Numbered from the stretch's first letter, positions 9,106-18,379 are shown. The stretch: DNA of 64,000 nt from an uncultured Pseudomonadota bacterium (GCA_963770835.1 CAVYRH010000004.1:715339-779338); one strand, 5' to 3'. The notes: generated by a model not told the origin, from the sequence alone. Program-made: numbers and translations.

Positions 9106-9503
9106 TTATCGTCGACGCGAATATCCTGGTTTACCGGATTGTGGAAGGCCAAAAGACCCTGATGGCTTTGGCGGTCCAAGAGATGGACCCGGATTGGAAA
9201 GTCTCCCCTCTTTGGAAATATGAATTTGGAAATGCCTTGGCTTTAATGATTCATCAAGGGCATTTGACGGCCAAAGTGGCCGCTCAATTGTTGGAAACCG
9301 GCTTAAAGGCTTTTGAATCCTGTGAAGTACAGGCTGATCCTGATTTGGCGCTTTCCCTGTCGGTCGAAAAGAAAATAAGCTTTTATGACGCGCAATACTT
9401 GGCCCTTGCGAAGTCACTGGGAGTTCCACTGGTGACGGAAGACAAGGGGCTTCGCCGGGTAGGGACGGGAATGGCAGTCAGCATGGAAGAATTCCTGAAT
9501 TAA
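9102..9503 (+). CDS. VapC-type PIN-domain toxin
   Basis: TTG start overlapping the antitoxin stop; IIVDAN, FYDAQYLALA, LVTED acidic PIN residues. Confidence 0.87.
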   Translation: MIIVDANILVYRIVEGQKTLMALAVQEMDPDWKVSPLWKYEFGNALALMIHQGHLTAKVAAQLLETGLKAFESCEVQADPDLALSLSVEKKISFYDAQYLALAKSLGVPLVTEDKGLRRVGTGMAVSMEEFLN

Positions 9504-9529
9504 TGAACCAAGGAACGAAGAATTTATAG

Positions 9530-9652
9530 CTTCTGGACGCCACCAAGGGCATCGGCATCACGCTGACGGAGGCCCACATGATGGTGCCAGAACAATCCAC
9601 CAGCACCATCGTTATCCACCACCCCGAGTGCGAGTATTTTGCGGTAAGATAG
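9530..9652 (+). repeat. metH 3'-end copy 1 (40 codons plus stop)
   Basis: Aligns to 8699-8821; encodes LLDATKGIGITLTEAHMMVPEQSTSTIVIHHPECEYFAVR*, 38/40 aa identical to the MetH C-terminus. Confidence 0.95.
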
Positions 9653-9694
9653 GCCCCTGTAAGCCGGGTTTTTGTATTTTAAGGGGAGGAATTT

Positions 9695-11707
9695 ATGAAA
9701 AGTTCGCTTTGTTTATTGGGAAAAGTTTTTTCAACCTTGTTTTTCTTTCTGGCCGCCGTTCATCCCGGTTTTGCCGACGATTCGGCCAACAGCCTCAATC
9801 CTGAAACCCAATACACTCTTCCCTCGGGCGCGAGCTTCAATGTCCCCAAGGGTTGGGATGTCCAAGCAAAAGGCGGAAGCTTCATTCTCCACGATCCCGA
9901 ACACCTCGTGACACTTGTGCTCACTGAGAACGAGGAGATAAGCCCCCAGGACGCGCTTCAGAAAGCGTGGAAAAGTTATAATCCCGATTTCTCCTATGCT
10001 GTTGCCACGCATGAATTTCCCAAGAGGGATAAGTGGGACCAGGTTTGCCGGCAATGGTATTTCGTGCCGAGCGAGCAAGATCCCTATAAAGCCAATGACA
10101 CCCGGGGGCTTTATGCGTTTGCGGGGAAAAAGGACGACCGTTGGTATGTAGCCTTGATGGATTACGACAAAGTCTCCGCGGACAAACGCCAAGCCCAAGT
10201 TGAAGTCATCATCGGCAGTTTAAAAATTCCCGGCGCAAAACCCACGCCGACGCCCGCCCAAGACGTTCAAATGGACGACAAGTTCTTCAAGACCTTCGAG
10301 GATTTCCTGGAACACGCCCGGAATGACTGTAAAGTGCCCGGGGCGGCGGTGGCCATTGTGAAGGACGGGAAGATCGTTTACGAGAAGGGTTTCGGGGTCT
10401 GTGAGAAGGGCAAAAAGGACCCAGTGACGACGAAAACCTTGTTTTCCATCTCCGGCATCACCGTGCCCCTGACGACACTTTTGATGGCCCGGCTGGTGGA
10501 CGCGGGGAAAATGAGCTGGGACACCCCCGTCACCCAGCTTTTGCCCGGGTTTCAATTGGGCGACCCGAAAACGACGTCGGAACTTACCTTGAAATACACG
10601 GTTTGCGCCTGCGCGGGGCTGGCCCGCCAGGACCCCGTACTGGTTTTCCCCACCGGTTACAGCAGCCCCGAAACGGTCATTGAAAAGATGCTCGCCATTA
10701 TGCCTACCGCCGGATTCGGGGAAATTTTCCAATCGAGCAACATCCTGGTGGCGACCGGCGGTTTCGCCGCGGCCCACGCCCTCCATCCGGACCTGCCGCT
10801 GGGCCAAGCCTACGCCGCCGCCATGAAGGAATATGTTTTCGACCCCCTGGGAATGGCGGACACCACCCTGGATTTCCAATCGGTCGCCGCCAAGGAGCAT
10901 GGGACTCCCCATTGCTACGTCCGGGATTATGATTACGACACCGTACCCTTGGCTTATGACGACTGGACCCTCCCCGTGGCCCCCGCGGTCGGCGCCTGGT
11001 CCAACGTCGAGGATATGTCCAAATACCTCCTGCTGGAACTCAACAAAGGCATAGGGCCGGATGGAACCCGTGTTGTTTCCGAAGCCAACCTCCTAAAGCG
11101 CCGTGAGCCCCACGTGAAAATCAACGAGGATTCCGATTACGGCCTGGGATTGAAAGTTTCGAACGACAAGGGAATCACGGTAGTGGGCCAGGGCGGAATT
11201 TCCACGGGTTACACTTCCGACATGGTTTTCATGCCGGACCGGAATATGGGGATGGTTTTGCTGACGAACGCCGACTACGCGGGATATTTCCGTGGCGCCG
11301 TTTACCAGAAGCTGATGGAGCTTATTTCCGGAAGGGAGGCCCACGCCCAAGAGAATCTTGACTCTGAATTGAGCACCCGGAGGAAGCAAGGACAAATACT
11401 AGCGGATTGGGCGAACAGCCAGATGTCCCAGTCTTGGTTTTATGATTTCGTGGGGACTTACTTTAACGAAGACCTCGGTGCCGTCTCCCTCAAAATGACC
11501 AATGAGGGTGGAATTTTCGACGCAGGCAAATGGAAGACTCACGTGGCGGGTACTGCCGGGCGTAATGGGGAAACCAAGTTCTACCTTACGGATCCCCCCA
11601 TCATCTGGTCGCAGTTTATTTTGAACGATCAGGACGGGCACAAGACCATGACCTACAAGACGTCCCAAAAGGACTATGTCTTCGAATGGGTTTCCAAAAA
11701 CCAGTAA
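9695..11707 (+). CDS. Secreted beta-lactamase/serine-hydrolase-fold protein (catalytic motifs degenerate)
   Basis: Signal peptide, VPGAAVAIVKDG, FDPLGMADT, PAVGAWSNVEDMSKY; the SxxK position reads GITV. Confidence 0.8.
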   Translation: MKSSLCLLGKVFSTLFFFLAAVHPGFADDSANSLNPETQYTLPSGASFNVPKGWDVQAKGGSFILHDPEHLVTLVLTENEEISPQDALQKAWKSYNPDFSYAVATHEFPKRDKWDQVCRQWYFVPSEQDPYKANDTRGLYAFAGKKDDRWYVALMDYDKVSADKRQAQVEVIIGSLKIPGAKPTPTPAQDVQMDDKFFKTFEDFLEHARNDCKVPGAAVAIVKDGKIVYEKGFGVCEKGKKDPVTTKTLFSISGITVPLTTLLMARLVDAGKMSWDTPVTQLLPGFQLGDPKTTSELTLKYTVCACAGLARQDPVLVFPTGYSSPETVIEKMLAIMPTAGFGEIFQSSNILVATGGFAAAHALHPDLPLGQAYAAAMKEYVFDPLGMADTTLDFQSVAAKEHGTPHCYVRDYDYDTVPLAYDDWTLPVAPAVGAWSNVEDMSKYLLLELNKGIGPDGTRVVSEANLLKRREPHVKINEDSDYGLGLKVSNDKGITVVGQGGISTGYTSDMVFMPDRNMGMVLLTNADYAGYFRGAVYQKLMELISGREAHAQENLDSELSTRRKQGQILADWANSQMSQSWFYDFVGTYFNEDLGAVSLKMTNEGGIFDAGKWKTHVAGTAGRNGETKFYLTDPPIIWSQFILNDQDGHKTMTYKTSQKDYVFEWVSKNQ

Positions 11708-11731
11708 TTCGGGTCGAATCGGGTTTGATAA

Positions 11732-11812
11732 GCCTTCATAATATTGCCGGAATAATCCACCAGCGCCATTGTCATCCGCTACCCCGAAAGCGAGTATTTC
11801 GCGGCGAGGTAA
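11732..11812 (+). repeat. metH 3'-end copy 2
   Basis: Reads AFIILPE*STSAIVIRYPESEYFAAR* versus MetH AHMMVPEQSTSAIVIHHPECEYFAVR*. Confidence 0.9.
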
Positions 11813-11836
11813 AAGCTTCAGGAAAAGGAGTTTTGC

Positions 11837-12679
11837 ATGAAGAAGATCGCTTTATCTTTTGCGCTCGTTTTTCTGGGAGTTTCCAGCGGTTATGCCGCCA
11901 CCGATAAGGACACGGTCGATTTTTTAAACAAACTCAATGGCCATTACTATTGTTTGATGCGGGAAGGGCTCCTGGATTTCCAGGCGGGGATCAAGTGCTC
12001 TTTTTTTGATGATTATTTAAAACAATGCTCGGCGAAATACGGTCCCGATGATAAGAGGGTCCAGGAACTCAAAAAGATTAAATTTGTCCTTTCCTGTTCG
12101 GGGAAGAATGAGTTTTCCTTTGAGGCCGCTTACGCTGAACCAAGCGGCGACCCGGCTTTCGACGAAATCGTTCAAAAAATGATTGGGGTCGTGAAGGGGG
12201 CTTTTCAGCAAAACATTTTCCCTTGGCGCTCGAATGTCTTGGAGCCCGTCTTCGGGGCGGACGATTACGCGAAATTCGACCTGCAAGTGGAGAAAAAAGA
12301 CGGCGGATTCGTCATCTATTCCACGGGGGACCAGCCCGTCAGCGAGTACGCCGATAACCAATGGAGAATTTACGAAATTGAGGCGGGCGGCAAGGCGAAC
12401 GTCCAATCCTGCAAGCTCAAATATATGGATACCTCCAAGGGGATGATCTTATCCGAAACCACCTCTGAGCTGCCCCAAGTGTCCACCGAGATAAATGCAA
12501 AGATGGAGTACCGGTCGGTGGATGGGTTCATGATGCCCAAAAGAATGTTGGTGCACATGAAGAAAACCGGGGACTCCGGCACCACTAACCTCGATGTGAT
12601 TTTTGAATTTGTGGATTATCGGATTGATAAAGGCCAGGCGGAAACGAAGCCAACCGATCAAACCGAAACGGGATTTTAG
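11837..12679 (+). CDS. Hypothetical secreted protein
   Basis: RBS AGGAG, signal peptide, 280 aa ORF. Confidence 0.75.
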   Translation: MKKIALSFALVFLGVSSGYAATDKDTVDFLNKLNGHYYCLMREGLLDFQAGIKCSFFDDYLKQCSAKYGPDDKRVQELKKIKFVLSCSGKNEFSFEAAYAEPSGDPAFDEIVQKMIGVVKGAFQQNIFPWRSNVLEPVFGADDYAKFDLQVEKKDGGFVIYSTGDQPVSEYADNQWRIYEIEAGGKANVQSCKLKYMDTSKGMILSETTSELPQVSTEINAKMEYRSVDGFMMPKRMLVHMKKTGDSGTTNLDVIFEFVDYRIDKGQAETKPTDQTETGF

Positions 12680-12699
12680 CGATAGCCTTGAGATTTTAG

Positions 12700-12748
12700 G
12701 CGCCATCGGCATTCACGAACTGAAAGCAAGTATTTTGCAGTGAGATAA
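12700..12748 (+). repeat. metH 3'-end copy 3 (short, degenerate)
   Basis: gcgccatcggcattcacgaactgaaagcaagtattttgcagtgagataa aligns to the last ~17 metH codons with a 1-nt deletion (AIGIH..ESKYFAVR*). Confidence 0.75.
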
Positions 12749-12753
12749 GAAGG

Positions 12754-13785
12754 TTGAAATTGAAAAGATATTTAATACTGGCTCTTATATCCTTGCTTTT
12801 CACTTCCGCAAACGCCCAATCCATCAATCCCGTTCATTTTGGATACATCAAGTGGGATAAGGACAAGCCGATTGTCCGGTTGGAAATGAATCTTGCACCC
12901 TCTATTACGGAAAAAGATCCTGGGGATTTATACGAGCTATTTATAAAAATATTTTTGGAAAAAGATTTATCCAAACCGGTTTCCGGGATTTACAACTGGC
13001 CCAACGAGAAGGATAGGCGTAATCCCCGCACAAAGTTGAAAGAAACACAGCTAACCGAAAGCCAATTTAAAAGTTTGGCGACTGAGAAAATCGGGGATGT
13101 TTATACCCTGGTTAGCCCCGGAGGAATTTGGCAAGCCAAGGTAACGGGTGGAACGATAGCGATCGATGAACAATTTGATGATTTGTTCCGGGTTTATTTG
13201 GATTTGGAAATCGATCATTTTAAGCCCCCCATTGAAACGGCGGGAAAATCGAGGGTTGAAACTGTAGGATTCGTTGGAAGTCATACGGTGAGCAATTTAA
13301 AGAGTTATGAGCAAGTATCCCTTGGACAAGACCAACAAATGGGCATTGAAAAACTTTTACGGGCCAAAATAAAAAAAGGGTTTAATGATTATTATTTTAA
13401 CTATTTTCGAAACGGCCCGGATTTGATGGTTGTGGCCGACAATGTTGCCGTGGATGGATCTGAAAAGAAATATGAAGGAGATTACGAAGAAGTTGCCAAG
13501 TTCCAATCGGCGGTCTATTTACTCAGGGATGGACAGCTTCTGGATATTTTTCCAGCCAAAGTGGCCCGTAATAATGAGGTCGATACGCCTTCTTCTTACA
13601 AAGCTTTGTATCGGTTTGAAGTTGATGGCGAGAAATATGAATGTATCGAGGAAGATGGGCAATCTTGCTGTACCGGGGGACCTTTTTCGCAGTATCACGT
13701 TTTTAAATTTAACCCCAAAACGACTTCTTTTAAAGAGATCGGAGAAAGTCGGGATTATCCACTTTGCATGGAGTTGTTTCTTTAA
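12754..13785 (+). CDS. Hypothetical secreted protein, AT-rich
   Basis: Signal peptide ending ANA, 343 aa ORF, visibly lower GC than metH. Confidence 0.72.
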   Translation: MKLKRYLILALISLLFTSANAQSINPVHFGYIKWDKDKPIVRLEMNLAPSITEKDPGDLYELFIKIFLEKDLSKPVSGIYNWPNEKDRRNPRTKLKETQLTESQFKSLATEKIGDVYTLVSPGGIWQAKVTGGTIAIDEQFDDLFRVYLDLEIDHFKPPIETAGKSRVETVGFVGSHTVSNLKSYEQVSLGQDQQMGIEKLLRAKIKKGFNDYYFNYFRNGPDLMVVADNVAVDGSEKKYEGDYEEVAKFQSAVYLLRDGQLLDIFPAKVARNNEVDTPSSYKALYRFEVDGEKYECIEEDGQSCCTGGPFSQYHVFKFNPKTTSFKEIGESRDYPLCMELFL

Positions 13786-13871
13786 CCAATGCCCACATGA
13801 TGGTGCCCGTACAATCCACCAGCGCCATCGTTATCCATAATCCGGATTGCGAATGCTTCGCGATTAGATAA
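13782..13871 (+). repeat. metH 3'-end copy 4
   Basis: Reads LTNAHMMVPVQSTSAIVIHNPDCECFAIR*; overlaps the stop codon of the upstream gene. Confidence 0.92.
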
Positions 13872-14439
13872 TTTTCTGCCGACCTAAAATTTAGATGGCA
13901 TGTATTTTTTATTAACATTAATTATTTTTTTCAAATTCGATTGAACAATTTTTTAATTCAAACCAAGTTAAGGATGCTTTTTTTATTTCACCGAAAACAG
14001 ACATGATTTCTCCACGTTGGGAAAATTTGAGTTTTGGACATGAACTTATATTCACATCAAAATTTATCATAGGATAATTGAAGGTATTTCCGATTTCAGA
14101 GGCAACAACAGTAACCATTCCTTCTTTGAGAGCGGAGGAAACAGAATGAAGTCGGACCTTCCAAGCAATTTTAAAGTTTTTGTATTCTTCACTCATTTTT
14201 TCTTGTTGATACGGCGGTAATTTATTCAATTGTTTTGAAATTTCCGTTGGGGTTGGATCAGTATGGTATGAATTTTTTTGATCGAGTTTACTTTTTTCAA
14301 TCATGACAACAGGAGATTCGGGATTTGATGTTTTTGGTTTTTGATTAGTGGAAGGCGCAGAATTGTAATTGTTTTGAATTATTACATTCGCATTATTTTG
14401 TTGGTTCGAAGAGCCGGGAGAATTTTCATTATTTAAATT

Positions 14440-15610
14440 GTAACCTCTGAAAAACTCCTTCGTCTAAATGCTGAAATATAATAGCAGCATTCCAGACGGA
14501 GGGATTCCATGCAAATCAGCTTCGGGATGTACGAGGACAAGAACCGGCGACTCAAAAAGACCATGCTAGAGGAAGTGGATAAGGTTCTGGACTTTCCGAA
14601 GATCGAGAAATTGCTGATGGAAATGTACCGGGGCAACACGGGGAGACCTCCCATCCCGCCTTTGATCTTGTTTAAATGCCTTTTGCTGGAATCCTGGTAC
14701 GGCCTGTCGGATGTGGAAGTAGTCCAAGAAATCCACGACCGGCGCAGTTTTGAGCGGTTCGTGGGTGAAGGGGTGCGAGAGTACCACGTCGACGACACCA
14801 CTTTGGTGAAGTTTCGGGAAAGACTCCGGGAAGCCGGTTTGATAGACCGGGTTTGGGGGGCCGTGCAACAGGGTTTAGATCGCAAAGGACTTTTGGTCAA
14901 GAAAGGGGCCATTGTGGACTCCACCCTGGTGGAAGGAGCCTGTAAACCGGAATCCAAGGATCAAGAGGGAAAGCCGGTGGATGAAGATGTTCATTACACC
15001 TCCCGGCAAGGAAAAGCCGTGGATGGGATGAAGGTTCATGTGGGTCAGGACGAGAAAAGCGGCCTGATTCGAAAGATGGATCTAAGTCATATTGAGGAAC
15101 ACGATCACGAACATTTCAAAGACATGGTTCCTCGCGGGGTAGAACAGGCATTTGCTGACAAGGCTTACCGGTCGGCGCAACACGATGAATATTTGGAGGA
15201 ACGAGGGATTCGGAATCGAGTGTTACATCGTGTTTGGCGGGGACAGAAGCTGACCCAGAGGCAATTAAAGCAAAACAAGGTTTGGGGCCGTGTGAGGTGC
15301 GGGATCGAGGCGACAATGAGTACCTTGAAGCGGTGGTGTTCGATGGGACGAATGAGGTACTACGGGATGGCCCGAAACAAGATTTGGGTGTTGATCTGTG
15401 GCATCGCATTTAATGGGAAAAGAGCCGTAAAGTTGGCGGCGGCCTGAGCTAAGGGGAGTTTTTTCAGAGGCAGATGACGCAAGAAGGGTCGAAAAAGGAG
15501 TTCTAGGAGTAAGTGCAACACCTTTGGAGAAACAAAAACATCTCCAAGCGGGGTTGAAAACCCTGGTGAGAAGAGTTTCAAACCAAAACAGGGAGTTTTT
15601 CAGAGGTTAC
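14440..15610 (+). mobile_element. IS5-family insertion sequence, 19-bp perfect TIRs, 5-bp AAATT target duplication
   Basis: GTAACCTCTGAAAAACTCC (14440) and GGAGTTTTTCAGAGGTTAC (ends 15610); AAATT at 14435-14439 and 15611-15615. Confidence 0.92.
14509..15447 (+). CDS. IS5-family DDE transposase
   Basis: GRPP, WYGLSD, DDTTLVKFR, IVDST, ADKAY, R..IE motifs. Confidence 0.92.
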   Translation: MQISFGMYEDKNRRLKKTMLEEVDKVLDFPKIEKLLMEMYRGNTGRPPIPPLILFKCLLLESWYGLSDVEVVQEIHDRRSFERFVGEGVREYHVDDTTLVKFRERLREAGLIDRVWGAVQQGLDRKGLLVKKGAIVDSTLVEGACKPESKDQEGKPVDEDVHYTSRQGKAVDGMKVHVGQDEKSGLIRKMDLSHIEEHDHEHFKDMVPRGVEQAFADKAYRSAQHDEYLEERGIRNRVLHRVWRGQKLTQRQLKQNKVWGRVRCGIEATMSTLKRWCSMGRMRYYGMARNKIWVLICGIAFNGKRAVKLAAA

Positions 15611-15914
15611 AAATTATTATTTTGCTTTTTGGGTTTTCCCTGTAAGAAATAGACGAGAACTGCAACGCCGACTCCAGAGAATATCCAAGGAATGTTATTT
15701 TTTAGAATCTGAATCAAAGAGATTTTATCCATTGATTTGATCGTACAAGTTAGCTCTTTATTAAATCAAGCGAAAAAGCCTGGTGAAAGGTCTGGACATG
15801 AAAAAGAATTTTAGCCAGTTAGCTTTCAACGGGACCTCCAGACTTAAACTATTTTATTCTTCCTCATCCAAAGAATCGCGCCCATGTGATCGCGGCCATA
15901 CCAAGCGTTGGCGT

Positions 15915-16364
15915 CTAGCCTTTAAGGACCTTCTTCAAAAGATCTTTAAAGCCCAAAAACAGTGACGTCTTAGAAGGCTTCCGCCCTGGTTCTGGGATGG
16001 CCGCCATAGGCGGTTGTTGGGAGAGTTCATTTGTTTGGCTGGGGACGGGGGCCTTTGGGGCCAAATCCTCCGGGGTGGCGACGCGGTAGCGGATGCTCCT
16101 TCCGCCCCCCATCCGTATGATCCTTTTTGTCTTTAAGAGCCGCATCAGGGTATAAGTGAGCGTGCTACGGGCCCAGCCAAATTCCTTAGCCATCTCGCTG
16201 GGAACGGCCTCCCCCCGCTGTTTGATGAACTCCACGAGTTTATCCAGTTCCCAGTGACTCCTATATCCACCCCTTTTCTGGGATTGCCGCGTTGGTTTTG
16301 GGGCCGGTTCCTGCCCTCTTGCGGTGGAATTTGCGGCCTGGTCATCCGGAAGAGTGAAAGTCAT
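15915..16364 (-). CDS. Winged-helix DNA-binding protein
   Basis: PSEMAKEFGWARSTLTYTLMRL...GGGRSIRY HTH plus wing. Confidence 0.65.
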   Translation of the reverse strand: MTFTLPDDQAANSTARGQEPAPKPTRQSQKRGGYRSHWELDKLVEFIKQRGEAVPSEMAKEFGWARSTLTYTLMRLLKTKRIIRMGGGRSIRYRVATPEDLAPKAPVPSQTNELSQQPPMAAIPEPGRKPSKTSLFLGFKDLLKKVLKG

Positions 16365-16374
16365 AAGCGCTCCT

Positions 16375-16510
16375 TATTCTGCCAATAATATGCGCAGCGC
16401 ATATTATTGGCAGAATAGGCGGGTTCAAAAACGGGTTGGTGCCCAAGATTTAGAATTAATCTGCCAATAATATCAGCCGCTGATATTATTGGCAGAATAG
16501 CCGGGTTGAA
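16375..16510. repeat. Two tandem long palindromes (21-bp and 18-bp arms)
   Basis: tattctgccaataatatgcgc-a-gcgcatattattggcagaata (16375-16417) and tctgccaataatatcagc-c-gctgatattattggcaga (16460-16496). Confidence 0.85.
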
Positions 16511-16528
16511 ATCAAGAGATTGCCCAAA

Positions 16529-17044
16529 TTAAAGCTTTTTGTTTTCCCTCATCCAAAGAACCTGGCCTGTGTGGTGGAGGCCATGCCAGGCATAGGTGCC
16601 CAAAGCCGTTGAAAGCTTGGTGGCCTGGTTGTTCCGGGGGTTGATATAGGCCCGGGCGAACTCTTCCTCCGTCATGGACCGCATCAACTGCGCCCATTGG
16701 CGATGAAGCCCCTCGAGCAAGCCCAAGGGCCCCTCGACCGGCCCCGTTTTTGATTCCACCAAATCCACCAATTTATTCCTGTCGTAACCCTTCGTCACCG
16801 GCTGTTCCTCGGTCAGCGCCAATTTAAAGTTGACGTAGCCAAACGTATGGCTATCCGCCAAGTGGTGGACGATCTGGCGGATGGTCCAGTTCTTATACTT
16901 CGTGTCCAGTTGGGCGTCCGAGAGGCCCGCCACGGCTTCCCGGAGGGCTTGGGGGGCCTTTTCGATAATGGCGATCAATTCTTTTATGGGCGGGTTTTCT
17001 TCCGTATTTGGGTTGGGTCCGACGGGGTAATCAGGGGCTTCCAT
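16529..17044 (-). CDS. YfiT/BstA-family (DinB superfamily) thiol transferase, copy 1
   Basis: WTIRQIVHHLADSH, YAWHGLHH. Confidence 0.85.
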   Translation of the reverse strand: MEAPDYPVGPNPNTEENPPIKELIAIIEKAPQALREAVAGLSDAQLDTKYKNWTIRQIVHHLADSHTFGYVNFKLALTEEQPVTKGYDRNKLVDLVESKTGPVEGPLGLLEGLHRQWAQLMRSMTEEEFARAYINPRNNQATKLSTALGTYAWHGLHHTGQVLWMRENKKL

Positions 17045-17109
17045 GGTTTTCTCCTCGGTTTTGGGATTGGAAGGCTTATAGTAAGCCAAAATTTAATGGA
17101 GGTTTCAAT

Positions 17110-17679
17110 ATGTTCAGCAAGTATGCCGCCTTCATAACGGTCCTGTTCCTAGCTTATTCCATTTGCGGAGCCCAAACGGTCCAACCTACCACCGCCCCGG
17201 CGCCTGCGGCGGGGAAACGCAAGCCCATCACCATGGAATGGGGGGGCCTGAACGGTATTCATTATTACTATGCGGGGTACAAAGCCGATGGGGTGGAGGG
17301 ATTATCGGGCATCATCACATCCCTGCATGACCCCGAGGCCACCCGGCTGGTCGCCGCCGCCCGGAATGACGAAAATACGGGGGGGCTTTTCACGGTGGGG
17401 GGGCTGGTTTTCCTCGCCGCCGGGGCCATCGTTGTGGGTACGGACCCCAATTCCCAAAAGACCACCCAAGACATCGACGGACGGCAAGCGGCGGGCTTGG
17501 GGATGAGCCTGGCCGGTTTGGTGGGAGGGGTTTTCGGCCTGCTCAACCTGGATGATGCCAAGGCCGACGAGTTCAACGCGGTCCAGCGTTACAACGCCGT
17601 CGTGCGGGGGGAGGACGAAACCTCCTGGAACCTTCCCGATCCCGGGCTGCGGACAAAGCTTCTGACTTTGAAGTTCTAG
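17110..17679 (+). CDS. Hypothetical exported membrane protein, paralog of 19194-19760
   Basis: RBS GGAGG, signal peptide, two TM segments, AVQRYNA...ETSWNLP.PG...LLTLKF. Confidence 0.72.
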   Translation: MFSKYAAFITVLFLAYSICGAQTVQPTTAPAPAAGKRKPITMEWGGLNGIHYYYAGYKADGVEGLSGIITSLHDPEATRLVAAARNDENTGGLFTVGGLVFLAAGAIVVGTDPNSQKTTQDIDGRQAAGLGMSLAGLVGGVFGLLNLDDAKADEFNAVQRYNAVVRGEDETSWNLPDPGLRTKLLTLKF

Positions 17680-17784
17680 CTTTTCCCAGGTTCCCAAAGT
17701 AAGCATTTTTCAAGTTTTCAGATGGGAAGATAATCCTCGAAGCATTCCGCCATTTGTTGAAAACCAACCAGTAGCGGGCAAAAG

Positions 17785-18300
17785 TTAAACTCGCTTGCTT
17801 TCCCGCATCCATAGGATCTGCCCCGTGTGGTGGCGGCCATGCCAGGCATAGGTGCCTACGGCGCTTTTCAGGGTGATCACCCGGTTGCGGTCGGGATGGA
17901 TGAAGGCGCGGTTGAATTGCTCCTCCGTCATGGACCGCAATAACTGCACCCACTGCTTGTGAATCCCCTCTATCATGGCCAGGGGGCCGTCAATAGGCCC
18001 CGTTTTCGATTCCTCCAAGTCCGACCACTTCCCATCGTCATAAGCCTTGATGACCGGCTGGTCCTCGGTGAGCGCCCATTTGAACCGGATGTAGCTGTTG
18101 GCGTGGCTGTCCGCCAAGTGGTGGACGATCTGGCGGATAGTCCAGTTCTTATACTTCGTGTCCAATTGGGCGTCCGACAGACCCCCGACGGCCTCCCGAA
18201 GGGCATGGGGGGCTTCTTCAATAATGGCGATCAATTCTTTCCGGGGCGGATTTTCTTCCTCTTTCAGGTTCGGGCCAACGGGGAATTGGGGCGCTTCCAT
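17785..18300 (-). CDS. YfiT/BstA-family thiol transferase, copy 2
   Basis: WTIRQIVHHLADSH, YAWHGRHH; same 516-nt length as copy 1. Confidence 0.87.
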   Translation of the reverse strand: MEAPQFPVGPNLKEEENPPRKELIAIIEEAPHALREAVGGLSDAQLDTKYKNWTIRQIVHHLADSHANSYIRFKWALTEDQPVIKAYDDGKWSDLEESKTGPIDGPLAMIEGIHKQWVQLLRSMTEEQFNRAFIHPDRNRVITLKSAVGTYAWHGRHHTGQILWMRESKRV

Positions 18301-18379
18301 GATTTTCTCCTGGGTTCTGGTTTATGATGTGGCAACTTTATACGGCTTTTCAGCAAAAATCACCTGTCCGGGGGAAAAA

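Larger units (their letters stand above)
13918..15732 (-). pseudogene. AT-rich membrane-anchored hypothetical gene interrupted by the IS5 element
   Basis: Removing 14440-15610 plus one AAATT restores a continuous frame MDKISLIQILKNNIPWIFSGVGVAVLVYFLQGKPKKQNNNLNNENSPG...VVMIEKSK into ORF 13918-14304. Confidence 0.8.

Noticed and set aside
8699..9652. metH tail copies as a DGR template/variable repeat pair
   Set aside because: Differences are mainly synonymous third-position changes of several base types, not adenine-specific; no DGR RT or avd gene nearby.
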